Assembly: GCA_013285735.1 (NCBI GenBank)
Contig: JABDGZ010000004.1
Location: forward strand, 999 to 64,998
Direction: 5' to 3'
Source of the DNA: Candidatus Omnitrophota bacterium
GTDB lineage: Bacteria; Omnitrophota; Gorgyraeia; Zapsychrales; Fredricksoniimonadaceae
DNA length: 64,000 bases
Shown here: positions 34,427 through 44,458 of the stretch, piece after piece
Layout: every line of letters starts with the position of its first letter
Position numbering within the stretch: the first letter of the stretch is position 1
Translations under genes and position numbers: made by a program
The notes under the pieces: model-generated
Told to the model about the DNA's origin: nothing
The model's database searches: none
Seen by the model: the letters and a program-made list of their open reading frames with translations, nothing else

Positions 34427-35730
34427 TAAGTTACCAATTCTCCTACCACCACCTGACCGTCAATACTCTTAAAACGTACAGGCAGGATTTCGTTAAATAA
34501 ATTCCGTGAATCTTTAATTTTAACACGCACATAATGATCCGTCAGGCCATTCTGCCATCCATCACCTTTAGGATTCTCAAATAAAACAGTTTGAATGGTC
34601 CCAAGCAATGATTCCTGAAATAGACGACGTTTACGCTGGCTTAAATCACGCAAAATTTGACTGCGCCATTGGATCATCTCTACAGGCAGGGTTTCCATCA
34701 AACGACTTTTGGCCATATGCCGCGGTGAATAACTAAACACATGAAAATAATGGATAGGTAATTCTCTTAGGAGTTCTGTAGTCCTCTCAAAATGCGCGTC
34801 AGTCTCACCGGGAAATCCAACGATCACATCAGTCCCAATGCATATTTGCGGCACCTGCACCTGGGCCTGACGGACAAAATCGCTGAATTCATCAACGGTA
34901 TATTTGCGCTTCATTTCTTGTAAAATTTCATCATCACCACTTTGTAAAGGAATATGCAGATAACGGCAAAGCTTATGCCCAGCACTCATGTAAGTAAATA
35001 TATCTCTCGCAATGGTCGTGGGTTCAATCGATGAAATACGCACCCGCTCCAATCCTTCCAGAGCATTCATGGCCTTGATAACATCCATGAGCGTTTTATC
35101 CTGATAAGAATAGGTGCCGATATTAATACCAGTTAATATCAACTCTTTATGACCAGCAGCGACAAGCGCTGTGGCTTCTTTAAAAATATCTTCAAACACC
35201 CGGCTGCGGGCCCGGCCGCGGGCATAAGGGATTTCACAAAATGAACAGAAAAAATCACAACCATCCTGGATTTTTATATTGGCCCGTGTATGGTCGTGAT
35301 CAATAGAAGCTATCTGCACACTAAATGGTTCACGTTCAATACTTGGCATCACCAGTTGCGCTGTCTCTGGCTTAGGGTATTCATTAAACACGGACACTAA
35401 ATCCATTTTGCGGCCATTACCAACGATCCAACGGACATTAGGCAGATTAGACAATTGCTCTTTTTGTATTTGCGCCTGACAACCAACTAAGGCAATACGC
35501 GCTGCAGGATTTTGCCGATTGACCTTATGCACCAAATGACGGGTATCTGCATCACCGCCTTCGGTCACGGTACAGGTATTGATGACCACTATATCCGAAG
35601 GCTGATCAAAACCCACTAGCTTGTAACCACTATGCTCGAAAGCATTCTGGATAGAAGCTGTTTCCGACTGGTTTAAGCGACAACCAAATGTATAAAAAGA
35701 TATTCGTTTCATAATTATGTGCTTTGTCAT
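34426..35730 (-). CDS. mtaB: tRNA t6A37 methylthiotransferase
   Basis: GCRLNQSE, NTCTVT, CDFFCSFC, RISSIEP, HVFSYS. Confidence 0.9.
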   Translation of the reverse strand: MTKHIIMKRISFYTFGCRLNQSETASIQNAFEHSGYKLVGFDQPSDIVVINTCTVTEGGDADTRHLVHKVNRQNPAARIALVGCQAQIQKEQLSNLPNVRWIVGNGRKMDLVSVFNEYPKPETAQLVMPSIEREPFSVQIASIDHDHTRANIKIQDGCDFFCSFCEIPYARGRARSRVFEDIFKEATALVAAGHKELILTGINIGTYSYQDKTLMDVIKAMNALEGLERVRISSIEPTTIARDIFTYMSAGHKLCRYLHIPLQSGDDEILQEMKRKYTVDEFSDFVRQAQVQVPQICIGTDVIVGFPGETDAHFERTTELLRELPIHYFHVFSYSPRHMAKSRLMETLPVEMIQWRSQILRDLSQRKRRLFQESLLGTIQTVLFENPKGDGWQNGLTDHYVRVKIKDSRNLFNEILPVRFKSIDGQVVVGELVT

Positions 35731-35751
35731 TCCCGCGAAAGCGGGAATCCA
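35725..35751 (-). repeat. REP-like palindrome family A forming the 3' end of the upstream CDS
   Basis: TGTCATTCCCGCGAAAGCGGGAATCCA, the reverse complement of the 10932 copy. Confidence 0.85.
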
Positions 35752-37043
35752 TTATCTTTCAACCAAAGTATTGCTTGACCTATCCCTTTACAAGTCATTT
35801 TAACACGTAAATCAAAATGCTTACTCCCAGATGCACCTTTTTTAACATAACCTTCAATTAGACCAGCATTATCTGCAGCTTTAGGTTTATCAATCATTTC
35901 TTCCACATCAACAAGAAGAGCATTTTCAATGTTCATTTCATGCCGCTGAAAACTACCATCTTGTTGTCTGGCAGATAACAAAATCTTAACACCTCGCAAC
36001 AATGGAAAAGCGACTGTTCCTTCAATGCCATTACGCACAATGATAATCCCCTTAAAACCAACCCGCTCGGCAATGGTCATCATTTTTTCACCATAGGGCG
36101 GATGAAATGCAGAAGCGATCAAAATATCCGCTTTAAGCGGATTGATAAATCTTTCAAGGGTGGCTAAGAATGGACGCTTGATCGTTTGATGCCGCAGATC
36201 CACCCAGCGATCTAAAGATGAAGACATCACAGACTGATGAAAAAGCCAGCCAAAACCAGGCTTATCCGACGATAAATCTGCATTGCCCTTGGCAGCCTTC
36301 TGCCCTAAACCTTGAGCAATATCCCATAAATTCATATATGATTTAGGTCCACTGTTACGCCCCACCTGATGCACCACGCGATAACCCTGTGCCTGCAAAT
36401 TAGCCCCCAGCAAAGGTGTTATCATATAGGAATGATCCACCCCATCAAAAGGCTCGGCGATTTGGATAATGGGTTCACCTGGAGGAGTTGGTGTTTTAAA
36501 AGCGGCCCCAAGGGTATCCTCCATCGCCTGCAACAGACCTTCATATTCGTCGTCAGTTTCATAACGCACCCGCAAGAAACTTGCCATCCATCCTCGGGCC
36601 GCGTCACCCTTCTCATCAGAAAACAAAAATTTTCCCAAATCATACGCCGTAGGCTTATCAAGCGTGTGACCTGCTAATAGTTGTTGGCCTATCCATTGAA
36701 CAAATGGCGGTGCATCAGCGGTAATAGCATTGAGTAATTTAGAAGGTTCTTTCAAAATGCCTGGAGCAAAGGCCTGTTCCAGGATTTCTTCATCGGGTTC
36801 TATGCCTTTGGCACAAAGGCCTGCAAAAAAAGCTCCCTTGGCAGCATCGGAGACCTTTCCTGACTTTAAATCATTCACAATTTCTAATGCGAGTTGGGGC
36901 GTCAGCGATTTACTGCCTTTTTTTCCGATGCCGACAGTCTTGATGCCACGGTTAATGGCAGCTTCGTTGGGGTCTAAAACAATGGCCATAAGACCCTCAT
37001 CATAAAACAGCTTTGCCTGGCAAGCAAGGCAATAAAAAGGCAT
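35727..37043 (-). CDS. Anthranilate-phosphoribosyltransferase-like (glycosyl transferase family 3/YbiB-like) protein; likely start 36989
   Basis: IKTVGIGKKGSKSL, EPFDG, IKRPFLATLE, FHPPY. Confidence 0.65.
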   Translation of the reverse strand: MPFYCLACQAKLFYDEGLMAIVLDPNEAAINRGIKTVGIGKKGSKSLTPQLALEIVNDLKSGKVSDAAKGAFFAGLCAKGIEPDEEILEQAFAPGILKEPSKLLNAITADAPPFVQWIGQQLLAGHTLDKPTAYDLGKFLFSDEKGDAARGWMASFLRVRYETDDEYEGLLQAMEDTLGAAFKTPTPPGEPIIQIAEPFDGVDHSYMITPLLGANLQAQGYRVVHQVGRNSGPKSYMNLWDIAQGLGQKAAKGNADLSSDKPGFGWLFHQSVMSSSLDRWVDLRHQTIKRPFLATLERFINPLKADILIASAFHPPYGEKMMTIAERVGFKGIIIVRNGIEGTVAFPLLRGVKILLSARQQDGSFQRHEMNIENALLVDVEEMIDKPKAADNAGLIEGYVKKGASGSKHFDLRVKMTCKGIGQAILWLKDNGFPLSRE

Positions 37044-37081
37044 ATTTGCATCTTGAAGTAATTCCGGTATAATGGGCGCTT

Positions 37082-38056
37082 ATGAAAATCGGATCGGTTG
37101 ATATAGAAAAGCCACTTTGCTTAGCACCCATGGAAGACGTCACGGAACTGCCTTTTCGTTTGATTTGTAAACGTCTAGGGGCTGATATCGTGTATACGGA
37201 ATTTACATCTTCCGAAGGTATTATCCGTGATATTCCACGTATCATGGAGAAAATCCAAATATCTGAGGATGAACGTCCTGTTTCTATCCAAATTTTTGGA
37301 GGCAGGCCCGAAGCCATGGCTGGTGCTGCTGAGGTTATTGAAAAATTAAAGCCAGACTTTATTGATGTCAATTGCGGCTGCTGGGTCAAAAATCATGTGG
37401 CCCGCAATGAAGGTGCCGGACTTTTACGCGACCTTCCCTTATTTGAAAAAATCGTCAAAGCGACCGTCAAAGGCACTAAATTACCTGTGACCGTCAAAAC
37501 CCGCCTGGGCTGGGATGATCAAAGCATTGTGATATTGGACGTTGCTAAAATGGTTGAAGCGGCCGGTGCCAAAGCCTTGACCCTACACTGCCGTACGCGT
37601 TCGCAAGCGCACAGCGGCTTTGCGGATTGGTCGTGGCTTGAAAAAATTAAAAAGACAATCAGCATACCTGTCATCGGCAATGGAGATATCACCTGCCCTG
37701 AAGATGTCAAAGCGATGTTAGAAACAGACTGCGACGGGGTCATGATCGGACGCGGCGCCATTGCCAATCCCTGGATATTTAGAGAAACCAAACATTATCT
37801 TAGGACTGGCGAGCATATGCCAGAACCAAGCATCGAAGAAAAAATCAACACTTGTATTGATCATTTAAATTTAAATGTGCAATATAAAGGCGAAGAATAC
37901 GGAGTAAAAACCTTCCGTAAACATTATGTCGGATATCTAAAAGGATTACCCAACATTGCTCCAGTCAGAAGTGAATTGATGCAGATGGTGATGATGGAAC
38001 CTGTGATTGAACGATTACAAAAATATTTGAATGAAAGTGTCTGTGAAAAAATTTGA
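37082..38056 (+). CDS. dusB: tRNA-dihydrouridine synthase
   Basis: LAPMEDVT, DVNCGC, VTVKTRLGW, GNGDI, MIGRGA. Confidence 0.9.
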   Translation: MKIGSVDIEKPLCLAPMEDVTELPFRLICKRLGADIVYTEFTSSEGIIRDIPRIMEKIQISEDERPVSIQIFGGRPEAMAGAAEVIEKLKPDFIDVNCGCWVKNHVARNEGAGLLRDLPLFEKIVKATVKGTKLPVTVKTRLGWDDQSIVILDVAKMVEAAGAKALTLHCRTRSQAHSGFADWSWLEKIKKTISIPVIGNGDITCPEDVKAMLETDCDGVMIGRGAIANPWIFRETKHYLRTGEHMPEPSIEEKINTCIDHLNLNVQYKGEEYGVKTFRKHYVGYLKGLPNIAPVRSELMQMVMMEPVIERLQKYLNESVCEKI

Positions 38057-39434
38057 TTGTATAACGATTGGTTCTGGCGGCGGAGCTAAAATCTCATCCC
38101 CTGCAGCTTCCATGGGGCTTAAGGTTGCTGTCATTGAAAAAGACAGCTTAGGGGGCACCTGTCTCAACCGTGGCTGTATCCCTTCCAAGATGCTCATTCA
38201 TCCAGCGGACGTGGCCATTGAAATCAAAGAAGCGCATCGTTTTGATATCCATAATAATCCTCAGTTCAGCGTCGATTTTAAAAAACTCGTTGAACGTATT
38301 TCTTCAACAGTTGATAGCGATTCAAATAAAATCGTAACAAGTTATAGCAATCATCCTAATATAACCCTTTATCGCGGTACTGCTAAATTTATCGAGAACA
38401 AGATTATTGAAATCAATGGCGAACAGATCACGGCGGATAAAATATTCATTGCTGTAGGTACACGTCCCACCATCCCTAATATTCCAGGGTTAGCCGGCAC
38501 ACCATACATGACATCCACCGAAGCTTTGCGTAATACCACCTTGCCCTCATCAATGATTATCATCGGTGGTGGATACATTGGTTGTGAATTGGGACATGCT
38601 TACGGAGCCTTAGGCACTAAAACCACCTTTTTAGTGCGCTCAAAACTCTTGCGCTCCCAAGACACAGAAATCGCAGAAGAATTTCAAAAAGTTTTTAGCC
38701 GTTATCATGACGTGCGTCTGGGCTCAGTCCCAACAAAGGTTGAATACAACAATAATACCTTTACCGTGCATTATACTCAGGATACAAAAAACTCTTCTGT
38801 TAGTGCAGAAACCCTGCTTATAGCCACCGGAATAAGCTCTAATGTGGATACGCTTGACCTGATCAATACGGACATTGAAATACAATCAGGCAACTTCATT
38901 AAAGTTAATGAATATTTAGAAACGAGCGTTGCTGACGTATATTCTTTAGGTGACTGTATCGGAAAATATTTCTTCCGTCACAGCGTTAATTTTGAAGGCG
39001 AATATCTTTTTGATTATGTGTTTGGTGGAAAAACCCAAACACCCATCCATTATCCCCCTATGCCCCACGCGGTTTTCACCCATCCGCAAGTAGCAGGTGT
39101 AGGCGCGAGTGAAGATGAATTAAAAAATCAAAAAATCGATTATGTCGTTGGACTTAACCCTTACAAAAGCTCAGCCATGGGCATGGCTTTACTGTCTGAT
39201 CATGGTTTCTGTAAAATTTTAGTTGATCGTAAAACCCGTAAAATATTAGGCGGCCATATCATAGGGCCTGAAGCTTCTGATATGATCCACATGATCATTG
39301 CCTACATGAACATGAACGCCACCCTTGATGATATGCTGCGAACGATTTATATTCACCCGGCTTTACCAGAAATTGTTCGTAACGCCGCCAGAAAAGCAAA
39401 AACTGCTTTAGATAAAAACCTTGTCAGGGTATAA
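38031..39434 (+). CDS. Pyridine nucleotide-disulfide oxidoreductase (lipoamide dehydrogenase/mycothione reductase-like)
   Basis: GGTCLNRGCIPSK, GGGYIG, HPALPE. Confidence 0.85.
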   Translation: MKVSVKKFDCITIGSGGGAKISSPAASMGLKVAVIEKDSLGGTCLNRGCIPSKMLIHPADVAIEIKEAHRFDIHNNPQFSVDFKKLVERISSTVDSDSNKIVTSYSNHPNITLYRGTAKFIENKIIEINGEQITADKIFIAVGTRPTIPNIPGLAGTPYMTSTEALRNTTLPSSMIIIGGGYIGCELGHAYGALGTKTTFLVRSKLLRSQDTEIAEEFQKVFSRYHDVRLGSVPTKVEYNNNTFTVHYTQDTKNSSVSAETLLIATGISSNVDTLDLINTDIEIQSGNFIKVNEYLETSVADVYSLGDCIGKYFFRHSVNFEGEYLFDYVFGGKTQTPIHYPPMPHAVFTHPQVAGVGASEDELKNQKIDYVVGLNPYKSSAMGMALLSDHGFCKILVDRKTRKILGGHIIGPEASDMIHMIIAYMNMNATLDDMLRTIYIHPALPEIVRNAARKAKTALDKNLVRV

Positions 39435-39443
39435 TGACATCAT

Positions 39444-40172
39444 ATGCGCAATTCAGAACTCGCCATATCCATCAAAGGCCTCACCAAATTCTATAAAGAT
39501 TTTCAAGCATTGGATAAAATCTCATTCGAAATCAAACGCGGAGATTTTTTTGCTTTTTTAGGACCTAACGGAGCTGGAAAGACTACCACGATTAATGTCC
39601 TAACAGGACTTTCTAATTATCAAAGCGGTGATGTGCGGGTTTTTGGTCATGATGTCACTTCGGAATATCTCAGCAGCCGCCGGCTTATCGGCCTTTGCGC
39701 CCAAGAGTCTAACTTTGATCCCTTTCTGACCATCTATCAACTATTAGTTTATCAAGCAGAATATTTTGGCGTCACCCCTTGGGAAGCCAAACGCCGCGCT
39801 AATGAATTGCTTGAACGCTTTGGGCTCGCTGACAAGCGTAATTGCAAGCACCGCGCCCTTTCCGGCGGTATGAAAAAACGATTATTGCTCTGCCGCGCTC
39901 TTATCCACGACCCGGAAATTCTCATCCTGGATGAACCTACTTCCGGATGTGACCTGGAATTAAAATTCCTGATTTGGGATTACTTAACCCAGCTTAATAA
40001 AGAAGGTAAAACCATTTTTCTCACCACCCATTATATGGAAGAAGCAGAAAAACTCTGCAAGACCATCGGTATTATCAACAACGGCAAAATCGTCCGTATC
40101 GGCGATAAAAAACAAATTTTGCAGGATAAATCCTTACAAGACGTATTTCTTGAAATAACCGGAATTGAATAA
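39444..40172 (+). CDS. ABC-2 transporter ATP-binding protein
   Basis: GPNGAGKTT, LSGG, LDEPT. Confidence 0.92.
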   Translation: MRNSELAISIKGLTKFYKDFQALDKISFEIKRGDFFAFLGPNGAGKTTTINVLTGLSNYQSGDVRVFGHDVTSEYLSSRRLIGLCAQESNFDPFLTIYQLLVYQAEYFGVTPWEAKRRANELLERFGLADKRNCKHRALSGGMKKRLLLCRALIHDPEILILDEPTSGCDLELKFLIWDYLTQLNKEGKTIFLTTHYMEEAEKLCKTIGIINNGKIVRIGDKKQILQDKSLQDVFLEITGIE

Positions 40173-40177
40173 AAATC

Positions 40178-40205
40178 AAAGGGGACACTTTAAAGTGTCC
40201 CCTTT
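40178..40205. repeat. Perfect palindrome family B, copy 2
   Basis: Identical to 26441-26468. Confidence 0.75.
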
Positions 40206-40213
40206 TTCAGCAT

Positions 40214-40993
40214 ATGCTACATTTAGTCACTAACCCTATAGGTGTTCTCGCCCTTGCTAAACGGGAAATACACCGTTTCTTTTCGGTGGCTAATCAAACT
40301 ATTTTTCCGCCGCTAGTGTCTTCTGCTCTTTTTATGTATATTTTTGGTGTGGCGATCGGAAGCCGTGTGAATTTCTCTGCCACAGGATTGACCTATTTGC
40401 AATTCATCACACCTGGGCTTATGGCCATGCATTTGATTTCCAGTTCTTACGAAAACACTTCATCATCCCTGTTTATAGGCCGCTGGCACAATCATATCCA
40501 GGAAATCCTGTTAGCACCCCTTTCTTATATTGAAATGGTTTTAGGCCTGCTTGCCGGAGGCGTTGCCCGCGGTATTCTTGTCTGTATGGGGGTTTGGCTG
40601 ATCTCATTATTCTTTACCCCTAGTATCATTGCACACCCCATCGCCTTACTTTATTTTATGCTGATGGTCTCAGTAATATTTTCCTGTGCAGGGATGATGG
40701 GTGCTTTGTGGGCTGAAGATTTTGGCATGCTCTCGATGTGGAATACCTACGTCATCATACCTCTGGCTTTGCTGGGTGGAGTCTTTCACCCCTTGTTCAT
40801 GCTGCCGCCTGCTTTACAAATCATCTCCCATTTTAATCCTATCTATTATCTGGTTTCCGGCATTCGCTACAGCATGACCAATGTTACCGACACGCCGGCC
40901 ATGACCTGTGCCATCGTTGCTCTGGGGATGGCAGGGACTATTTTCCTGGCAACGGTTTATTTGTTTAAAATTGGATATAAACTTAGGACGTAA
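40214..40993 (+). CDS. ABC-2 transporter permease (YadH-like)
   Basis: Six TM pattern, YLQFITPGL, NPIYYLVSGIRY. Confidence 0.88.
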   Translation: MLHLVTNPIGVLALAKREIHRFFSVANQTIFPPLVSSALFMYIFGVAIGSRVNFSATGLTYLQFITPGLMAMHLISSSYENTSSSLFIGRWHNHIQEILLAPLSYIEMVLGLLAGGVARGILVCMGVWLISLFFTPSIIAHPIALLYFMLMVSVIFSCAGMMGALWAEDFGMLSMWNTYVIIPLALLGGVFHPLFMLPPALQIISHFNPIYYLVSGIRYSMTNVTDTPAMTCAIVALGMAGTIFLATVYLFKIGYKLRT

Positions 40994-40995
40994 CT

Positions 40996-41247
40996 CTAAA
41001 TTGAAGATTTAGTTGTTATGGCCAAAGCATGGATGAATGATTTAATAGACTCAAGGGCTTTATAAATCATACGATGGCTTTCTAATAATTTCTTGCCTTC
41101 AAAATCCTTTGACACAATCGTGACTCGATAATGCCCGCCTTGGGACGCTCCTGCATGCCCGGTGTGTTTATGACTCTCATCAATGACCTCAAGAAAATCT
41201 GGCGTAAAAACTTCAGTAAGGATATGTTCAATCTTTGCTTTAATCAT
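40996..41247 (-). CDS. bolA: BolA family protein
   Basis: DESHKHTGH, IVSKDFEG, HRMIY, IHALAI. Confidence 0.9.
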   Translation of the reverse strand: MIKAKIEHILTEVFTPDFLEVIDESHKHTGHAGASQGGHYRVTIVSKDFEGKKLLESHRMIYKALESIKSFIHALAITTKSSI

Positions 41248-41263
41248 ATTTTAGTATTATACT

Positions 41264-42574
41264 ATGTTTTCTATGAAACTTACGGTTAATCAAAATTTCT
41301 CGCAAGCGATCTGTGTTCCCTGCATCCAGCGCCAGCAGGCTGAAATCAATCAATGGCTCTTATCCCATGAAAAGGTATATACTCCCTTTTATACATCGGT
41401 TGATATCCGTGATGCCGGCTTTAAAATCGCCGTCGTTGATACCAATCTTTTTCCCGCGGGTTTTAATAATCTTTGCGAACATGGTTTAGCTGATGCAGAG
41501 CTTTTCGTTAAAAAAGCTATTCTTTCACGCGTGCCTAATGCCTCCAATATTTTAATCGTTGCCGAAGAACATACACGCAACACCTGGTATCTGGAAAATG
41601 TCCGCATCCTGCAAGAAATTATCACCAAAGCCGGATTTAATAACAAAATTGCTACTTTTTTTTCCCACGACACAAGTTTGTGCGAATTAGGTTCCGGCGC
41701 TGTTGAATTAGAAACGGCTACCGGCCAAACAGTAAAAGTCTATTGCTTCAAACGCGTCCTGGAGAAAATTCGACAGAATGACGCGGATTTTGACCTTATC
41801 ATTATGAACAATGATCTCTCTGCTGGAATCCCGGAAGAATTAAAACAGATCCAAATCCCGATTGTTCCATCAATCCATGCAGGCTGGCATGCACGGCTTA
41901 AGTCTGAACACTTCCGCCACGCCAATGCCCTGATGAAAGAATTCGCCTATATCGTTGGTCTCGACCCCTGGCAATTTTCCTGCCTGTATGAAGTCGTTGA
42001 ACATGTGGATGTTAATAACGAATCTGATCAGCAACGCCTATATGCAGCAGCGGTCAAACTCTTTGAAGAGATCCAAAACAAATACCGTGAACATAATGTT
42101 GATAGTAAACCTTTCATTTTTATCAAATCTGATTCCGGAACCTACGGCATGGGTGTTGTTCCCATCGAAAGTCCAGAGCAAATCCTGGAATTAAACCGTA
42201 AAAAACGCAATGATCTTTTACGCGGCAAAGACGCGCAAACCATCACGCATTTTCTTCTACAGGAAGGTGTACCTACCATCCATCGTCTTGAGGAAAACCC
42301 CTGCGAGGTATGTTTGTATCAAATTGACAATAATTTCGTCGGTGGATTTTATCGGTATCACACCAACAAAAGTTCACGTGAAAATCTTAATTCTCCTGGA
42401 GGCATGACCTTCCAAAAAATGTGCCCGCATTTGGACAAATACGGTAAAGACTGCGGCACTGAACACAATTTGAATATTTTTTCTATTTACCGTATCCTGG
42501 GACGTATTGCGGGTGCAGCTGCTGGAAAAGAAATTATGGAATTGGATTCCCGCTTTCGCGGGAATGACAAGTAG
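41264..42574 (+). CDS. gshA: Glutamate-cysteine ligase (ATP-grasp-like GshA type)
   Basis: FYTSVDIRDAGFKIAVVDTNLFPAGFNNL, EEHTRN, LSAG, GTYGMG, QEGV, NLNSPG; adjacent to gshB. Confidence 0.85.
   Translation: MFSMKLTVNQNFSQAICVPCIQRQQAEINQWLLSHEKVYTPFYTSVDIRDAGFKIAVVDTNLFPAGFNNLCEHGLADAELFVKKAILSRVPNASNILIVAEEHTRNTWYLENVRILQEIITKAGFNNKIATFFSHDTSLCELGSGAVELETATGQTVKVYCFKRVLEKIRQNDADFDLIIMNNDLSAGIPEELKQIQIPIVPSIHAGWHARLKSEHFRHANALMKEFAYIVGLDPWQFSCLYEVVEHVDVNNESDQQRLYAAAVKLFEEIQNKYREHNVDSKPFIFIKSDSGTYGMGVVPIESPEQILELNRKKRNDLLRGKDAQTITHFLLQEGVPTIHRLEENPCEVCLYQIDNNFVGGFYRYHTNKSSRENLNSPGGMTFQKMCPHLDKYGKDCGTEHNLNIFSIYRILGRIAGAAAGKEIMELDSRFRGNDK
42543..42570 (+). repeat. REP-like palindrome family A within the gshA 3' end
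   Basis: TGGATTCCCGCTTTCGCGGGAATGACAA encodes LDSRFRGNDK. Confidence 0.85.
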
Positions 42575-42593
42575 TAGAATATAAAGGACAACT

Positions 42594-43529
42594 ATGAAAT
42601 TCTTATTTTTGATGGATCCTCTGGAAACAGTCATTTACGAAAAAGACACCACCTTCATGTTGATGTTAGGGGCACATACCCGAGGGCATGAAGTCTATTT
42701 TCTTCCTGAAGACGGTATTAGCCTCATCGAAGGAAAAGTATATTTTCACGCCATCAAGGTCATTCCCCAAGCCATCGCTCATATGCCGTTTAAAGAAGAA
42801 AACACCGCGCATTTAAACCAGGATGATATTCACGCCGTCTTCGTCCGCCCTGACCCACCGGTGGATGAACAATATTTAATGAACACCTTACTTTTGGACC
42901 ATTTACCCAAACATATTGCAGTCATTAATAGCCCTTCAGGCATACGTACTGTTAATGAAAAAGTATGGGTCAACCAATTCAAAAATATCACGCCCCCTAC
43001 CATCATTTCTGCTAACAAAGGGGATTTATTAGATTTCATTGCCCGACATAAAAATGTTATCGCCAAGCCCACCAATGGGTTTGGGGGCAAAAGTGTATTC
43101 CATATTAAAAAAGAATGCACCAACACCAAGGTTATCCTGGAAACTCTAACCGAAAGTTATAACAGGGCCATTGTGGTCCAAAAATATATTCCTGAATCTA
43201 AAAATGGTGATAAACGCATCCTGCTTTTAAACGGGAACATCCTCGGAGCTGTGCTGCGCGTGCACGAAGAAGGTGAACATCGCAATAATTTCTATGCCGG
43301 CGGAAAACCCATGCCTACTATTATCACTACCAATGATAAAAAAATCATCGCTCTTCTCAAACCTCATCTGCAAAAGCTTGGCCTTTATTTCGTAGGGATC
43401 GATATCCTGGGAGATTATTTAATCGAAGTCAATGTTACCTCGCCAACCTGCCTTCAGGAAATGAACCGCTTGTACAATGTACAACTGGAAGAAAAAGTCA
43501 TTGCTTTTGTAGAAAAAATGATAAAATAA
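42594..43529 (+). CDS. gshB: Glutathione synthetase
   Basis: FLMDP, KDTT, DPP, NEK, GDKRI, EVNVTSPT. Confidence 0.93.
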   Translation: MKFLFLMDPLETVIYEKDTTFMLMLGAHTRGHEVYFLPEDGISLIEGKVYFHAIKVIPQAIAHMPFKEENTAHLNQDDIHAVFVRPDPPVDEQYLMNTLLLDHLPKHIAVINSPSGIRTVNEKVWVNQFKNITPPTIISANKGDLLDFIARHKNVIAKPTNGFGGKSVFHIKKECTNTKVILETLTESYNRAIVVQKYIPESKNGDKRILLLNGNILGAVLRVHEEGEHRNNFYAGGKPMPTIITTNDKKIIALLKPHLQKLGLYFVGIDILGDYLIEVNVTSPTCLQEMNRLYNVQLEEKVIAFVEKMIK

Positions 43530-43627
43530 AACTGTTTACCCCCCTATCATTTTATTAATTCATCCGTTCTATCTACCGTAGTTCCCCCAACTACTTTCGC
43601 CAACGGAAAAACGCGAAAGGAATTTTT

Positions 43628-43831
43628 GTGTCAAACAAACCTAAAAAAGAAGTATGGGATTTTCTAGCAAAATACTTTGGAGATTTGAGCAAAGCTATCA
43701 TAACCGTAGGCATTGCCAGTTACTTTTTCAAAGAATTACCATTGCCGTTAAGGATTATATCTGGCGCTATGGCTCTTGTATTCTTCATTATAGCTGTTAT
43801 AATATTAAATAATTTAGAAGGAGATAAATAA
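43628..43831 (+). CDS. Small two-TM protein (DUF6722-like)
   Basis: GTG start; LAKYFGDLSKAI; two hydrophobic helices. Confidence 0.55.
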   Translation: MSNKPKKEVWDFLAKYFGDLSKAIITVGIASYFFKELPLPLRIISGAMALVFFIIAVIILNNLEGDK

Positions 43832-43833
43832 CT

Positions 43834-43929
43834 ATGGTTGAACTCATCACATGCCTCATATTAGCATCTTTCGGTATATATGCCATATGGCTTCAAAATC
43901 GCGACAAAAAACATAAACACTCGCATTAA
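43834..43929 (+). CDS. Unannotated 31-aa single-TM peptide
   Basis: AAGGAG RBS in the upstream gene end; MVELITCLILASFGIYAIWLQNRDKKHKHSH. Confidence 0.6.
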   Translation: MVELITCLILASFGIYAIWLQNRDKKHKHSH

Positions 43930-43949
43930 ATCCCCAATTTCTCATTGCT

Positions 43950-44189
43950 ATGCCAAACTTAACCTTATACCATTTTGAAGCTTGTCCTTACTGTGCCAGA
44001 GTCCGTGACTTCTTAAATAAGGAAGGAATTAGTGTGCCGATGAAGGACACTCATGTAAACCCGGCATATCAGGAAGAACTGATTAAAATTGGCGGCAAGC
44101 CTCAAGTCCCATGCCTTGTTATCGACGGTAAAGCGCTTTATGAATCTTTAGATATCATCGAATGGTTTAAAAAGAATTACAAAAAATGA
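43950..44189 (+). CDS. Glutaredoxin (dithiol)
   Basis: CPYC, QVPCL, YES. Confidence 0.88.
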   Translation: MPNLTLYHFEACPYCARVRDFLNKEGISVPMKDTHVNPAYQEELIKIGGKPQVPCLVIDGKALYESLDIIEWFKKNYKK

Positions 44190-44443
44190 CGACTGACGAA
44201 ATTAAACAACGCATCGAAACAGCCATCCCCGGATCTAATGCCTACGTACTTGATCCCATGAACGATGGGGCGCATTTGCAGGCTTTTGTTATCTCGCCTG
44301 CTTTTGAGGGCATGCCCGTGTTCAAACAACAACGCATGGTCATGGATGCCATTAAAGATATTTTTCAAATAGTCCATGCCTTAGGTTTGAAAACTTTTAC
44401 TCCAGCTAAATGGAGTGAAGTCAAAATTCAATACGGTTTTTAA
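44186..44443 (+). CDS. BolA/IbaG family protein
   Basis: DGAHL, ISPAFEG, QQRMV, VHALGLKT. Confidence 0.88.
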   Translation: MTTDEIKQRIETAIPGSNAYVLDPMNDGAHLQAFVISPAFEGMPVFKQQRMVMDAIKDIFQIVHALGLKTFTPAKWSEVKIQYGF

Positions 44444-44458
44444 AATAGGAGTGAAATA

